A DNA stretch of 39,617 bases from a virus (taxonomy: Duplodnaviria; Heunggongvirae; Uroviricota; Caudoviricetes). The DNA is taken from positions 1 to 39,617 of IMG/VR virus record IMGVR_UViG_2703718858_000001. The stretch is one strand, 5' to 3'. Under the pieces are notes generated by a model, which worked only from the letters and a program-made list of their open reading frames with translations, did no database searches and was not told the DNA's origin. Both the position numbers and the translations under genes were made by a program. Shown here piece by piece: positions 16,981 through 26,300 of this stretch; within the stretch, counting starts at the first letter, position 1, and each line of letters opens with the position of its first letter.

Positions 16981-19445
16981 CAGAATCCCCCAACAGTAAG
17001 GCGAGGAATAACGGCAAGAACAGACAGCGGCAACGGGTCAAGCTGACGGATTTTTACACGCCCGTTTTTGCCCCAGTTACTGTCCAGTTTCACTTCTACT
17101 TTTCCGGTAGCATCATCAACAGGATCATCGTAGAACTCGAATTCACGCTGTGGATATTCGTACCATTTACCGCCGGGCGTAGTCGCCCAGATGCCGCGAC
17201 TGGCATTCACAACCAGAGTAACGGAGGGGATCACCTGTTTTTTGTCCAGCAGCGTTTCCTGTCCGTTAATGTTGATATCCAGTGTTTCGAATTCAGCAGT
17301 TATTGGCAGGCCGATGTGCACTACAGCCCCCGGAGATTCCAGCGTGACGGCACCTCCGGAAACCACTTTCTGTGGTTCCACGTTCGCATCAGAGAGAATG
17401 TTTACGGTCTGGTCTTCAAGATGAGACAGGCCTCCAAATGTCCGGCGCGCCATCTGCCAGTTCGTGGTGGCCACATTCCTGAGGGATGGCGGGACGTTCC
17501 TGTTAGCACGAACCACTACAGCGGTATTGCTGGTTACAGAAATAATGTCGCAACGTAATTCTTTTGACACCTCATCGCCAGGATCAGTTCCGGTATAAGG
17601 GAACTGTAGTTGCGCGCCGACATCACTACTGGTGAAGTACGCACCACCAGAAACACTGATTGTATATTCCGCACGGTAATCCCATTCACCAGAACCACCA
17701 GTGATGGTCATCGTTCTGTCAGACGTATTTCTTCCATCATAGCTAAGGCCAGAATCAACAAAGAAAGCATCTTCATCGCTGGTAAATAAACGGCTGGACA
17801 GTCGCTCTATGTATCTCACTGTTTGCCCGTTAACGGTTCGGTTAACGACGAAATACACCGCATCTTCATTGCCTTCGCTGATACTGCATGTGCTTTCATA
17901 TTTTCCGGTACTGGATTGTGGTGCCCATGCAAAAACCTGCTGATCACGCAAATAGGTCATCACCAGTAATTTACCGTCATCACGAATGCAGAAGGCGCTG
18001 GAGTAAGGGACAATCGAGAAGCACCAGTCAACAATGCTGTGCTTCTGAAAAAGATGATTGGCAAGGATGGTCAGGTCGTTCCCCTGATAGCCGTCAACAT
18101 CGAATGAGTAGGCCAGATCACGGACAACACTGCCTTTCTCCTGGACGAACAGAGCAATATTCGCCACGGCAATTGGTGGGACATTGCTCGAGCCATTTGA
18201 TCCCTGAGAGCTGAATGCAAATGATGATGGGGTAAGCACTTTGTTCTGGTCGCCAGTGATGACGTACTCACCTCCGGAAGTCAGCGCCACCAGCGAACCA
18301 ACATCAATCAGGTGACGGATCTCATTAACCTGACGCCCGGCATAGGTGTAGATAATTCTGTCGTCATCCTGCGTAGGATTGCTTTTGCCAAAATCCTTAT
18401 AATCCCCGGTACGGCTGGCCCAGATAGTCTGAGGGAACGCAGTCGATGCGGCGAAGTAAAGGCGTTGTTGATAATAAACAACAGTGCCAGGATAACCGTT
18501 AATACTGTTCCAGGCATATTTAGCCCATTTATAGCTGGCATTATCCTCGCCAACTACCTGCGAAGGGATATAGGAAATCACCTCGGCAGTTGCAGTAGTT
18601 CCATTTGCAGCAGAGATACGGGCAATGCCAAAACCACTGTGCAGATACTCCCACTCAATGCCGGTATCATCATCACCGGATCCGCCCCAGCCATCCCATG
18701 ATGTGCCTTCTGTATGCGAAGGGCGCAAAGTGCCTGTTTTGCCTGCTGTAACGGCGCGATAGTAGTTACTGTCTGCACGGCGAATATCGCCAATCGACGT
18801 ACTCTTACTGGTTTCCCATACCGGCACTGAATCCACTGCAGGCTGTTCCAGATAGAACAATTTGCCTACCTGCTCCGCGCCAAAAATAGAGGCGCTTGCC
18901 GTTAACGTAATTGTCCCGGTGCTGGCGCTGGCATAAACCGTCACTGACTCGTCAATATTGATATCTTCAAATGGCCCGTTCTTCGTTACCACATCAACCA
19001 GTTGCCAGTTGTCATGAGCATATCGGCGCAACTCTTTCGGCGGGTATGCCGGGTGAACCAGCGTAAGCACGTCGGCGCTTTGCGTGAATTTAATTCGGAA
19101 CAGATCGGCTTCAGTATATGGCGTGGCAATTTCATAAATAACATTGCTGCTGTTCAGCACCAACGCACCATCTTTGATAACGCGCATGTACTGGTGTCCG
19201 AACTCCAGAGCATAGGTCTGAACCGTCGAGAACTGGAACGGGATCAGGCGGCATTTCCGATTTGGGTATTTGGCGGCACCGACAAAACGCGTACCAGGTC
19301 GATTCTCAACGCCGCCATACTGCCGCACGATAAAGTTATCGCACTTGCGCAATGCTACCTGGTACTTCGCCATGTCAATACGCCCGTACAACGACGGTCC
19401 AATCTCACCACCGGCAAAGCTGGGCTGGATCCAACTGATAGCCAT
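16980..19445 (-). CDS. Tail tubular protein B-like (nozzle)
   Basis: 821 aa versus T7 gp12 794 aa; position after gp11-like gene. Confidence 0.5.
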   Translation of the reverse strand: MAISWIQPSFAGGEIGPSLYGRIDMAKYQVALRKCDNFIVRQYGGVENRPGTRFVGAAKYPNRKCRLIPFQFSTVQTYALEFGHQYMRVIKDGALVLNSSNVIYEIATPYTEADLFRIKFTQSADVLTLVHPAYPPKELRRYAHDNWQLVDVVTKNGPFEDINIDESVTVYASASTGTITLTASASIFGAEQVGKLFYLEQPAVDSVPVWETSKSTSIGDIRRADSNYYRAVTAGKTGTLRPSHTEGTSWDGWGGSGDDDTGIEWEYLHSGFGIARISAANGTTATAEVISYIPSQVVGEDNASYKWAKYAWNSINGYPGTVVYYQQRLYFAASTAFPQTIWASRTGDYKDFGKSNPTQDDDRIIYTYAGRQVNEIRHLIDVGSLVALTSGGEYVITGDQNKVLTPSSFAFSSQGSNGSSNVPPIAVANIALFVQEKGSVVRDLAYSFDVDGYQGNDLTILANHLFQKHSIVDWCFSIVPYSSAFCIRDDGKLLVMTYLRDQQVFAWAPQSSTGKYESTCSISEGNEDAVYFVVNRTVNGQTVRYIERLSSRLFTSDEDAFFVDSGLSYDGRNTSDRTMTITGGSGEWDYRAEYTISVSGGAYFTSSDVGAQLQFPYTGTDPGDEVSKELRCDIISVTSNTAVVVRANRNVPPSLRNVATTNWQMARRTFGGLSHLEDQTVNILSDANVEPQKVVSGGAVTLESPGAVVHIGLPITAEFETLDININGQETLLDKKQVIPSVTLVVNASRGIWATTPGGKWYEYPQREFEFYDDPVDDATGKVEVKLDSNWGKNGRVKIRQLDPLPLSVLAVIPRLTVGGF

Positions 19446-20053
19446 CAGGACAACCTCGCAATGGTAAACTCATCAACCGGTGGCTGTGGTTCCTGTGATT
19501 CATTCTGGCTATGCGAGCCAGCACTAAGAATCACGCGATTGTACATATTGAGGGCAAACGTACCGAGGTCTGCATTCCCAGTCAGCGCCATGTTAATAGC
19601 TGCCGCAAGACGCCAGGCCAACGCCTCCATAAAAATGGCATCAAACATGTTCACATCTGTAACGCGAGAGACATACTTGAGCCATGCCTGAGGCTGGTCT
19701 GTGTAGATCAACTTTCCTGTTCCGTTGGTGTCTGCACCAACTTCGTACTGAACGCGCATTGCTGCTGTTGGATTGCGTACACCAGGAAGCATAATTTCAG
19801 TAATGCGCAGACAATCTGACGGGTACTGGTACGCATATTCCCAGTCAGGCGGTTGATTGCTCGTATCTGCAAGCGCCACGCGTTTGGTAGCAAAGTTCCA
19901 GTCAAAATCAGAAAGCACAGCATCACGACAGGCCTCAAAGTGCAGCGAACATTCCCCCGCTTCCTTGCTGGCTTCCGTCAGGCTGTTAATGCTGCGGCTG
20001 TTGCCAATATTGGACAGCGCACGATTACAGATCTCTACTACAGAGGCCATCAC
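19445..20053 (-). CDS. Tail tubular protein A-like (adaptor)
   Basis: 202 aa versus T7 gp11 196 aa; synteny. Confidence 0.45.
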   Translation of the reverse strand: MMASVVEICNRALSNIGNSRSINSLTEASKEAGECSLHFEACRDAVLSDFDWNFATKRVALADTSNQPPDWEYAYQYPSDCLRITEIMLPGVRNPTAAMRVQYEVGADTNGTGKLIYTDQPQAWLKYVSRVTDVNMFDAIFMEALAWRLAAAINMALTGNADLGTFALNMYNRVILSAGSHSQNESQEPQPPVDEFTIARLS

Positions 20054-20373
20054 TCACCTCCGTTACCGTACAGAGTTTCAGCCGCTGATTTTTCTACATC
20101 CCCGGAAACAGGAGCGATCGCCATATCAGTGATCTGCAGATCGGCGCTGCGATTAACGCCATCGTTAGTTTCTCTGGCAGACAGGCCTCGAATAACAGCC
20201 TTTGCAGTTATCATCACTTCCGTTCCGACGCCCTTAGGTTGCGCCTTCAGCTTATTCAATGTGTCGTTATTAAGAGTGATGCACAGCCCCCACGGGTATT
20301 CATCGCGAGTTCTGGTTTCTCCGCTCTCATCCTGGTAGCTGTCAGTGCCGGTTTTGAGGTTTACGAGTTCCAT
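20050..20373 (-). CDS. Structural protein, unknown
   Basis: ATG 20373 with AGGAG SD; preceded by hairpin 20391-20406. Confidence 0.5.
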   Translation of the reverse strand: MELVNLKTGTDSYQDESGETRTRDEYPWGLCITLNNDTLNKLKAQPKGVGTEVMITAKAVIRGLSARETNDGVNRSADLQITDMAIAPVSGDVEKSAAETLYGNGGE

Positions 20374-20423
20374 ATACACTCCTGCAATAAAGGGGCCGAA
20401 GCCCCTTGTCTGATCCGCGAGGC

Positions 20424-20759
20424 TTACACGCCCAGTTCTTTACGCTTATCTGCGATCTTCTCGCGGAGCGTTTCGGCTTTGGCGTTATGGTGTGGCTTCT
20501 CGTTAAAGAGCAATTCGTACTCTTCACGGAGCTTATCCAGCTCACCATCATCTGACACATCGTTGATGATTTTGGTACTGGTTGCTGCCATTGACACCTT
20601 TCCTGCTACCTTTGCTTTTGCCTGTCTGGCTGCATCGTTAACAGGTTCCAGTGCGCTACCAGGCTCACCTTCGTATTCGATTTCTGCCCCCTCCGGCCAC
20701 AGAGTGTTATGGATATGAGAGAGGCGCAGAACGCGGTATCTTGGTTTCTCACCTGACAT
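20424..20759 (-). CDS. Structural protein, unknown
   Basis: ATG 20759 with AAGGTGA SD. Confidence 0.5.
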   Translation of the reverse strand: MSGEKPRYRVLRLSHIHNTLWPEGAEIEYEGEPGSALEPVNDAARQAKAKVAGKVSMAATSTKIINDVSDDGELDKLREEYELLFNEKPHHNAKAETLREKIADKRKELGV

Positions 20760-20769
20760 CGATATCACC

Positions 20770-21207
20770 TTAACCAGTTACTTTTGAGCGGATCGGATAC
20801 GGCGTATTGGCATCAACATCAAGACTGATACCAGCAGTGAATTCGCCAGCCGTTAGTGGGCCAGTTGCGACGGAGTAGTTAACACGCAGATATCGCTGAA
20901 CACCGGCAGGCACCTTTGCAGAAACAACTCGTTTACCTGCTGTCAGGGCGGTCTTTGCCAGTGCACCACTATCATAAATAGTGGTCCATGAGCTGTTATT
21001 CTCACTCGTCTGCAACTGGATGTTTACAGTTGCCTCACCACTTGCCGTGGCGGCTTCGTTAACCAGCGCCCAAAACTCAAGCGGGTAACCCACGCCGATA
21101 TCACGACGTTTTCCGTCAATTGGACCGAGATCGATTACGTCAGTAGAAGCCGCGGTATTCGTAACCGCCTGAGCTTCGGAGAACATCAACAGTTTGTCGG
21201 TGATCAT
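20770..21207 (-). CDS. Capsid-associated protein (decoration candidate)
   Basis: Immediately downstream of major capsid gene; GGAGAA SD. Confidence 0.45.
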   Translation of the reverse strand: MITDKLLMFSEAQAVTNTAASTDVIDLGPIDGKRRDIGVGYPLEFWALVNEAATASGEATVNIQLQTSENNSSWTTIYDSGALAKTALTAGKRVVSAKVPAGVQRYLRVNYSVATGPLTAGEFTAGISLDVDANTPYPIRSKVTG

Positions 21208-21258
21208 CTTCTTTCTCCATTAGTGGGTCTGTTACGACCCACAGGTTAATAACAGGCG

Positions 21259-22251
21259 TTACACCACGCGGGCTTCTGTTTCCAGAAGCGCATCAGTTTC
21301 ACGGATTGGTACACCACGGAATGAAGTCCACCACTCGCCTTCAGTCTCTTTTACGCTGATAGCCAGAGATGTTTTCTCCAGAGATTGCAGATCAAGAGCC
21401 TGGCCTACAGTGCGGTTCATGTAGAACACCGGGCGGCCCATTCCACGGTTTGGAATGCGATGCAGTGCTTTAACCATCAACTTCGCAATATTTGCGGCAG
21501 AGGAAGGTTCTGAAAGATTGCTGACATCGATGTTTGCAATGCGAACAACATAACGCCAGTCACGCAGAGCAAGTCCGTTGTCCCATTTGTAATGGGTGCG
21601 ATAGCCTTCGTACTTGCCGCCATTAGCATCTTCCAGTGTCACCTGGCCTTTATCTTCCATCTGGATGCCAGCCTTCTGCCCTTTCGGGAAGATGCCATGC
21701 ACGGTGTTTTCGCCCCACACCACTAACCAGATTGAGGTGTTATCTGTACCCGTGCCACCAGCATCAATGATGTTCTGAGCATTACCCGCAGACAGGCTGG
21801 AATAGCGGGAGGACAGTCCCATAAACTGCTGAGGGTTAACGCTGGAATCACCATAAAACAGCGTCTGCGCCATCTGCTGATTCATCGCTTCAATAAATGC
21901 GCGGTCTTCAGACAGGCGGAATTCAGCGGTATTGCCGTTCAGATCAGCCAGTGACTTATCGACTTCAGCATAGGTTTCCAGCATGCCAACGGAATCGGTG
22001 ACCTGCACCGTGGTTGATTTGCTTGGCTGTACGCCATAGTTCAGCAAACGCCAGGTAGCTGAAGGTAAACCAGAACGAATGGTGGTTCGGTGTCCGGTAG
22101 GAAGGTTCCCTTCGACAAAAGGCATATCCTGAAGGATCGGGTTAGTTTGACCGAGAAGCTCGATAATCTTATCGACTTTCCCGTTTGGATCGACGCGCTT
22201 ACCCCAGTCAGCCAGCGTTAGCGCAGTTAAGCCTTTAACAGCCATTGTCAT
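21259..22251 (-). CDS. Major capsid protein
   Basis: 330 aa after an acidic scaffold gene and portal; start may be the second in-frame ATG at 22245. Confidence 0.7.
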   Translation of the reverse strand: MTMAVKGLTALTLADWGKRVDPNGKVDKIIELLGQTNPILQDMPFVEGNLPTGHRTTIRSGLPSATWRLLNYGVQPSKSTTVQVTDSVGMLETYAEVDKSLADLNGNTAEFRLSEDRAFIEAMNQQMAQTLFYGDSSVNPQQFMGLSSRYSSLSAGNAQNIIDAGGTGTDNTSIWLVVWGENTVHGIFPKGQKAGIQMEDKGQVTLEDANGGKYEGYRTHYKWDNGLALRDWRYVVRIANIDVSNLSEPSSAANIAKLMVKALHRIPNRGMGRPVFYMNRTVGQALDLQSLEKTSLAISVKETEGEWWTSFRGVPIRETDALLETEARVV

Positions 22252-22259
22252 TTCCTCTC

Positions 22260-22955
22260 TTATTTGCCATAGAGCACTTCGGCCGCACTACGCTGGCCTT
22301 CATTACCACCGGTGACCATGCCATCCTCAGACATCGCCTTTCCGATTTTCACGAACGTTTTGACCAGATCAGGGTGATTACCCAGTCCGGTGGTGTTCAG
22401 ATATTCTTTGAGTTCAGGTGTCCCGAACTGGTCAAGCGCACGCTGTGCGGCGCTGAGGTTAGAAATTAACTTGTCGCCACCGATTTCTTTGTCAGCTTTT
22501 ACATCAGCAGCCCACTGCTCGGTTGTTTTCTGCCAGGCTTCTGCCTGGCGCTGCTGCACACCTGCCAGAATCTTTGGATAAGCATCAACCAGCTTTTGCG
22601 CTTGCTCGTTGGTCAGGTTAAGTTCTCGCGCCACCGGCTCGAATTCCTTCAACGCTTCTGTATCCAGCTCTACGCCTTCGGCAGCCTGAAACTCGTACTT
22701 CTCAGGCGCACCCTCTGGTTTATCGCCGTCCTTTTTTTCATCCTGCTTATCGTTTTCAGGCTTTTTGTCATCAGCAGGTTTATCGCCATCAGCAACAGGT
22801 TGTGGCTTATCACCTTCCGGTTGTGATGGATCGCCAACTGGAGCAGGGTTATCACCTGCAGACGCTGACGGCTCTGACGCAGCCGGAGCTGCTCCACCAT
22901 CGACTGGTTGCTCATTGCAAAGACGGAGATACAGCAAACGCTCAAATAAATTCAT
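22260..22955 (-). CDS. Scaffolding protein
   Basis: Acidic Pro/Asp/Lys-rich low-complexity protein between portal and capsid; ATG 22955 with AGGAG SD. Confidence 0.6.
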   Translation of the reverse strand: MNLFERLLYLRLCNEQPVDGGAAPAASEPSASAGDNPAPVGDPSQPEGDKPQPVADGDKPADDKKPENDKQDEKKDGDKPEGAPEKYEFQAAEGVELDTEALKEFEPVARELNLTNEQAQKLVDAYPKILAGVQQRQAEAWQKTTEQWAADVKADKEIGGDKLISNLSAAQRALDQFGTPELKEYLNTTGLGNHPDLVKTFVKIGKAMSEDGMVTGGNEGQRSAAEVLYGK

Positions 22956-22957
22956 GA

Positions 22958-23254
22958 TCACTCCTGTTCACTGGCCTCTTTGGCCATCTTCAAATACTGT
23001 TCAGGGCAATGCGCCATAACGCGCTGAAACAGTTCCAGCGCCAGATTGCGTTGCCCCTCATTAAATGCCATTGCCATAGCGTCCATCGGCGAGATAGCGG
23101 AAAACACACGACCTTTCTCCAGCACCGACCAGACAACGCGACGCCCCTGTTCACTGCTCATGACAAAGCGAATGTCATCAATTTCACGCTGTGCCATGTC
23201 ACGTTGCTTACGGGCGTTTTCTTCTTTCAGTTGATCATCTTCGTAATCTGTCAT
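22958..23254 (-). CDS. Hypothetical head-module protein
   Basis: 98 aa, ATGA-coupled to portal. Confidence 0.45.
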   Translation of the reverse strand: MTDYEDDQLKEENARKQRDMAQREIDDIRFVMSSEQGRRVVWSVLEKGRVFSAISPMDAMAMAFNEGQRNLALELFQRVMAHCPEQYLKMAKEASEQE

Positions 23255-24930
23255 TGTGATTGCCCACCCTGACCACTAACTGCATTCGCCATAGCTGACA
23301 AAACACTCGGATCAGAAGTTTTAGCTTCGCTTAGCGTCTTGGCACCCTGTGCCGCCGCCATCCCCATCGCCATCATTTGTTGCTGCTGTTGCTGCTGTGC
23401 CCGTTGCTGGCGAGTCTGCTCAACCTGTTCCTGCGGAACAATGACGGTTGGAGACACTCCGGACATATCAGCGAATGCATCGATCGCCTGATCAACGTTG
23501 AGTTTGTCGAGAGCTTCTGGTTTCGCTTGCGCAAGTTGACCAATGAAGTTGACCGTGGATGCCAGACTGGACAGGCCGATAGACTTCTGCGCCTGAGCCA
23601 TGACGGAAATGTATTCGACCTTCAGGGGCATACCTTCCATCGCGTCAGGCGGTGGCGGCAGCATGTTTTTACGCACCATCATCGAGAAAGCGCGGTCAAT
23701 GAGAGGATTAAGACATTCGTCGTTCAGACGCTCCAGAACCGGCCCCAACATCAGAAGTTTTTCTTCTTTCATTTCGATCACCGCTTCCACAGGCATCGAG
23801 CGGGTATTGATGTTCTGCAACATCATGAACAGATCGACAAAGTAGGCGCTGTTAATGATTTGACGAGTGTCCTGAATGTCTGCCACCAAATCTGCTGTAC
23901 TGGGGTTAACCAGATAAGCAGGCCTGAAACCATCCTGACCAGTAATCTGATCGATATACGTGATGTCGCCAGGAAGAAGGGAGGCGCGCTGATTCTTGAG
24001 GGAAGTCGGAGCAACCATCGGCGGATTGGTGGCTTTATCAATCAACTGCGACTTGCGCTTCTGGAGAAGCTGCAATGCCTTAACAGGTCCAAGCGCCAGC
24101 ATACCCGGGCATGATGATCCATAAACATCTTCGCCGTTAACTTCCCAGCGCGGAGCCATAATTGGAAACTCATCGAATCCGGACTCACGCAACAACCTGT
24201 CGTTATCGCCACCAACCTCGTAATAAACCGATTTGAATGGCTTGTTCTTGCTATCCAGCTTCGATGTATCGCGGTCAATGTTCGGGTAAACCGAATGCAT
24301 CACTTCAATCCACTTCTCGTAGGTGCCGCTTTCCCACATGCTTTTTACGGATTCGCTGACGTTATTTAGCCCGAACTCCTGAACAAGCTGACGAACAGTC
24401 ATAGAGAACTTGCGAAAACAGGTGTCCACACTGCCACGAGGTGAGTTAGCCAGGTAGTAACTGCCTATCGGGAATGGCATTGTGCGAATGATGTCCTCGT
24501 CATCCTCCAGCACCGCCATTGCACCAGTGCTGTATGTGCCGAGGCTTCCGTATAACTGCGGAAGAGACTGGTAGAGATTCGACTTATTGAACATATCGTT
24601 CATGCGGTTCTGCACCGCCTCAAGCCACAACTTAACAGGGCCATAATCCATCATTTCAGGATCTGGCGTAGCCAGGCGAAACCACGGACGCGCGGGGCTT
24701 GTGATGCCTGACATCATGCCGCTGGCGAGAGTGCGCGCCGCCATAGTCCCGGTCGAATCAATAATGCGTGTATTGCGTCGATCGTTACGGTTGACCTCAG
24801 AAGTCAGAAAGCGGGAACCACGCGGGTTGATGTAATCACTCAACTCGCGCCAGTGCGGCTCGAACGACTGACGCTCGCTTTCAAGTTGTGCGAACTGTTT
24901 GTTCAATCGCTCTTTAGTTGTTTCCGCCAT
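23251..24930 (-). CDS. Portal (head-to-tail connector), podovirus type
   Basis: 559 aa; Gln/Ala/Met-rich C-terminal tail resembling T7 gp8; lies after the terminase genes (separated by the tRNA/gp49 island). Confidence 0.7.
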   Translation of the reverse strand: MAETTKERLNKQFAQLESERQSFEPHWRELSDYINPRGSRFLTSEVNRNDRRNTRIIDSTGTMAARTLASGMMSGITSPARPWFRLATPDPEMMDYGPVKLWLEAVQNRMNDMFNKSNLYQSLPQLYGSLGTYSTGAMAVLEDDEDIIRTMPFPIGSYYLANSPRGSVDTCFRKFSMTVRQLVQEFGLNNVSESVKSMWESGTYEKWIEVMHSVYPNIDRDTSKLDSKNKPFKSVYYEVGGDNDRLLRESGFDEFPIMAPRWEVNGEDVYGSSCPGMLALGPVKALQLLQKRKSQLIDKATNPPMVAPTSLKNQRASLLPGDITYIDQITGQDGFRPAYLVNPSTADLVADIQDTRQIINSAYFVDLFMMLQNINTRSMPVEAVIEMKEEKLLMLGPVLERLNDECLNPLIDRAFSMMVRKNMLPPPPDAMEGMPLKVEYISVMAQAQKSIGLSSLASTVNFIGQLAQAKPEALDKLNVDQAIDAFADMSGVSPTVIVPQEQVEQTRQQRAQQQQQQQMMAMGMAAAQGAKTLSEAKTSDPSVLSAMANAVSGQGGQSQ

Positions 24931-24944
24931 TTCAATGACTCCGG

Positions 24945-25151
24945 TTACTGACCAAGCAGCGTTTTACCGCTGGTATTAGCGGTTGATGTGTCGCCCTGAG
25001 AACCGGTAAGCAGCGTAGAACTACGACCAGCAGCAGCGCGACGGCGACGTGTTTCTTCGTCGCGGGCATCAACAACGGCGGCATCCTGCTCCTGTGGTGC
25101 TGCCTGAACTTCTGGTGTTGCAGGCACTGATGGTGAGCTACCCATGCACAT
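24945..25151 (-). CDS. Hypothetical small protein, first gene of head operon
   Basis: GGAG SD 8 nt upstream; preferred over overlapping ORF 24932-25171. Confidence 0.4.
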   Translation of the reverse strand: MCMGSSPSVPATPEVQAAPQEQDAAVVDARDEETRRRRAAAGRSSTLLTGSQGDTSTANTSGKTLLGQ

Positions 25152-25240
25152 ATCAATGACTCCGTACGCAATTAAATTATTACCAATTTAACCACATATG
25201 ATTTATTTATCGTAGATAGTTGACATTTAACGCACAAATT

Positions 25241-25257
25241 ATTACCTTTCAGGTAAC
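25241..25257. promoter_or_regulatory. Operator ATTACC-TTTCA-GGTAAC upstream of head operon
   Basis: Same palindrome family; TTGACA hexamer at 25220-25225 nearby. Confidence 0.5.
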
Positions 25258-25578
25258 TAAAGAGTTCATTCCGGTTACTAACCTGACTGGCTTGTCGTTA
25301 AATTGAACAGGTGGAGTGAGCTTTTGTTTTGAGCAGTACGGCGTATGGCACATGCGCCGATAGCGGTCTGGATACGTTTAAGGGGCACCCTCCCTTGCTC
25401 GGGCAAACGAACCAGGTAGCTGGAATGTGCAAGTCGAGCGGTTTTATTCCGCGCACGGGGATTCACCATCCCGGCGATTCGGTGTGACGCCTCGGAAGAG
25501 ACGAGGGTACAACGATGAGAGCATTTATGGAGCCGCGACAAAGTGTGGCGCCTTAACAGGCTAAGTGCTCTCAGCGTT

Positions 25579-25655
25579 GTGGCATTAGCTCAGTTGGACA
25601 GAGCAACCGCCTTCTAAGCGGTTGGTCGCAGGTTCGAATCCTGCATGCCACGCCA
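25579..25655 (+). tRNA. tRNA-Arg (anticodon UCU), phage-encoded
   Basis: Perfect 7-bp acceptor stem GTGGCAT/ATGCCAC, U8, D-arm GCTC..GAGC with GG, anticodon stem ACCGC/GCGGT, loop CTTCTAA, T-arm GCAGG-TTCGAAT-CCTGC, discriminator G and CCA. Confidence 0.9.
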
Positions 25656-25698
25656 GAATCACGCCTAAGGACCGTGATGCCAGAAGTTCCAGGTGCTT

Positions 25699-25740
25699 GG
25701 CGGTGATGGTTTCCCTTGAAGGACTATCACCGCCCTTTTT
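25699..25740 (+). terminator. Rho-independent terminator after tRNA
   Basis: 9-bp stem GGCGGTGAT/ATCACCGCC followed by CTTTTT. Confidence 0.6.
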
Positions 25741-25770
25741 ACAGCAGGGCGCCATTGCGATGACTTCATG

Positions 25771-25786
25771 CTGTAAACCAGTACAG
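25771..25786 (+). promoter_or_regulatory. LexA-box-like CTGTAAACCAGTACAG
   Basis: CTGT-N8-ACAG; core less AT-rich than consensus. Confidence 0.3.
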
Positions 25787-25818
25787 CCACGGAAGGCATA
25801 ACTCATTGCTTCCAGTTC

Positions 25819-25842
25819 GCCCGGTTCGCCGGGCATTTTTTT
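25819..25842 (+). terminator. Rho-independent terminator immediately upstream of gp49-like gene
   Basis: GCCCGG-TTCG-CCGGGC followed by A-TTTTTTT, directly abutting the AAGGTGAG SD. Confidence 0.7.
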
Positions 25843-25853
25843 AAGGTGAGATT

Positions 25854-26210
25854 ATGAACGACCAGCAAATCGAAAAAGAAATCGTTGAGAAAGGCAAAAC
25901 GGCACCGCGAGTTACGCCCCAATATATCGAAAGCATCATTCTTGAAGAGCATTTCTTTACTGCTTATGACGGTATTCGTGCCGCCAATATGGGCATTGGC
26001 GATGCGTGGACAGCGCATAAATCTACAGACCTCCTTACTTTCTGCGTACTGGTGCTGAAGAATGGCTTCACCGTCACCGGAGAGAGCGCCTGTGCAAGCC
26101 CGGAAAACTTTGATGCAGAAATTGGTCGGAAGATTGCCCGGCAGAATGCTGTAAACAAAATCTGGATGCTCGAAGGTTACTTGCTGAAGCAGAAGCTAAG
26201 CGAGCAATAA
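25854..26210 (+). CDS. Phage Gp49/Sf6-gp66-like family protein (tentative), function unknown
   Basis: 118 aa; strong SD AAGGTGAG; motif FTVTGESACASPENFD.EIG.KIA..NA..KIW. Confidence 0.55.
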   Translation: MNDQQIEKEIVEKGKTAPRVTPQYIESIILEEHFFTAYDGIRAANMGIGDAWTAHKSTDLLTFCVLVLKNGFTVTGESACASPENFDAEIGRKIARQNAVNKIWMLEGYLLKQKLSEQ

Positions 26211-26300
26211 CACCGTGACATGTCACAAACAGCCAGCCGATGAGCTGGCTTTGTTTTATCCTCATCAGAGGATATCAACGACATTATCCCCACCAGCGGA

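Noticed and set aside
24932-25171. ORF-track protein MRTESLICAWV... as first gene of the head operon
   Set aside because: It overlaps the alternative frame 24945-25151, which has a proper GGAG SD; the 24932-25171 frame has no RBS and an implausible composition. Only 24945-25151 kept, at low confidence.
25579-25655. Whether the phage tRNA could suppress the in-frame TGA (Rz) or TAG (methyltransferase) codons
   Set aside because: The anticodon reads UCU (Arg, AGA/AGG) in a standard loop CTTCTAA; it is not complementary to UGA or UAG.
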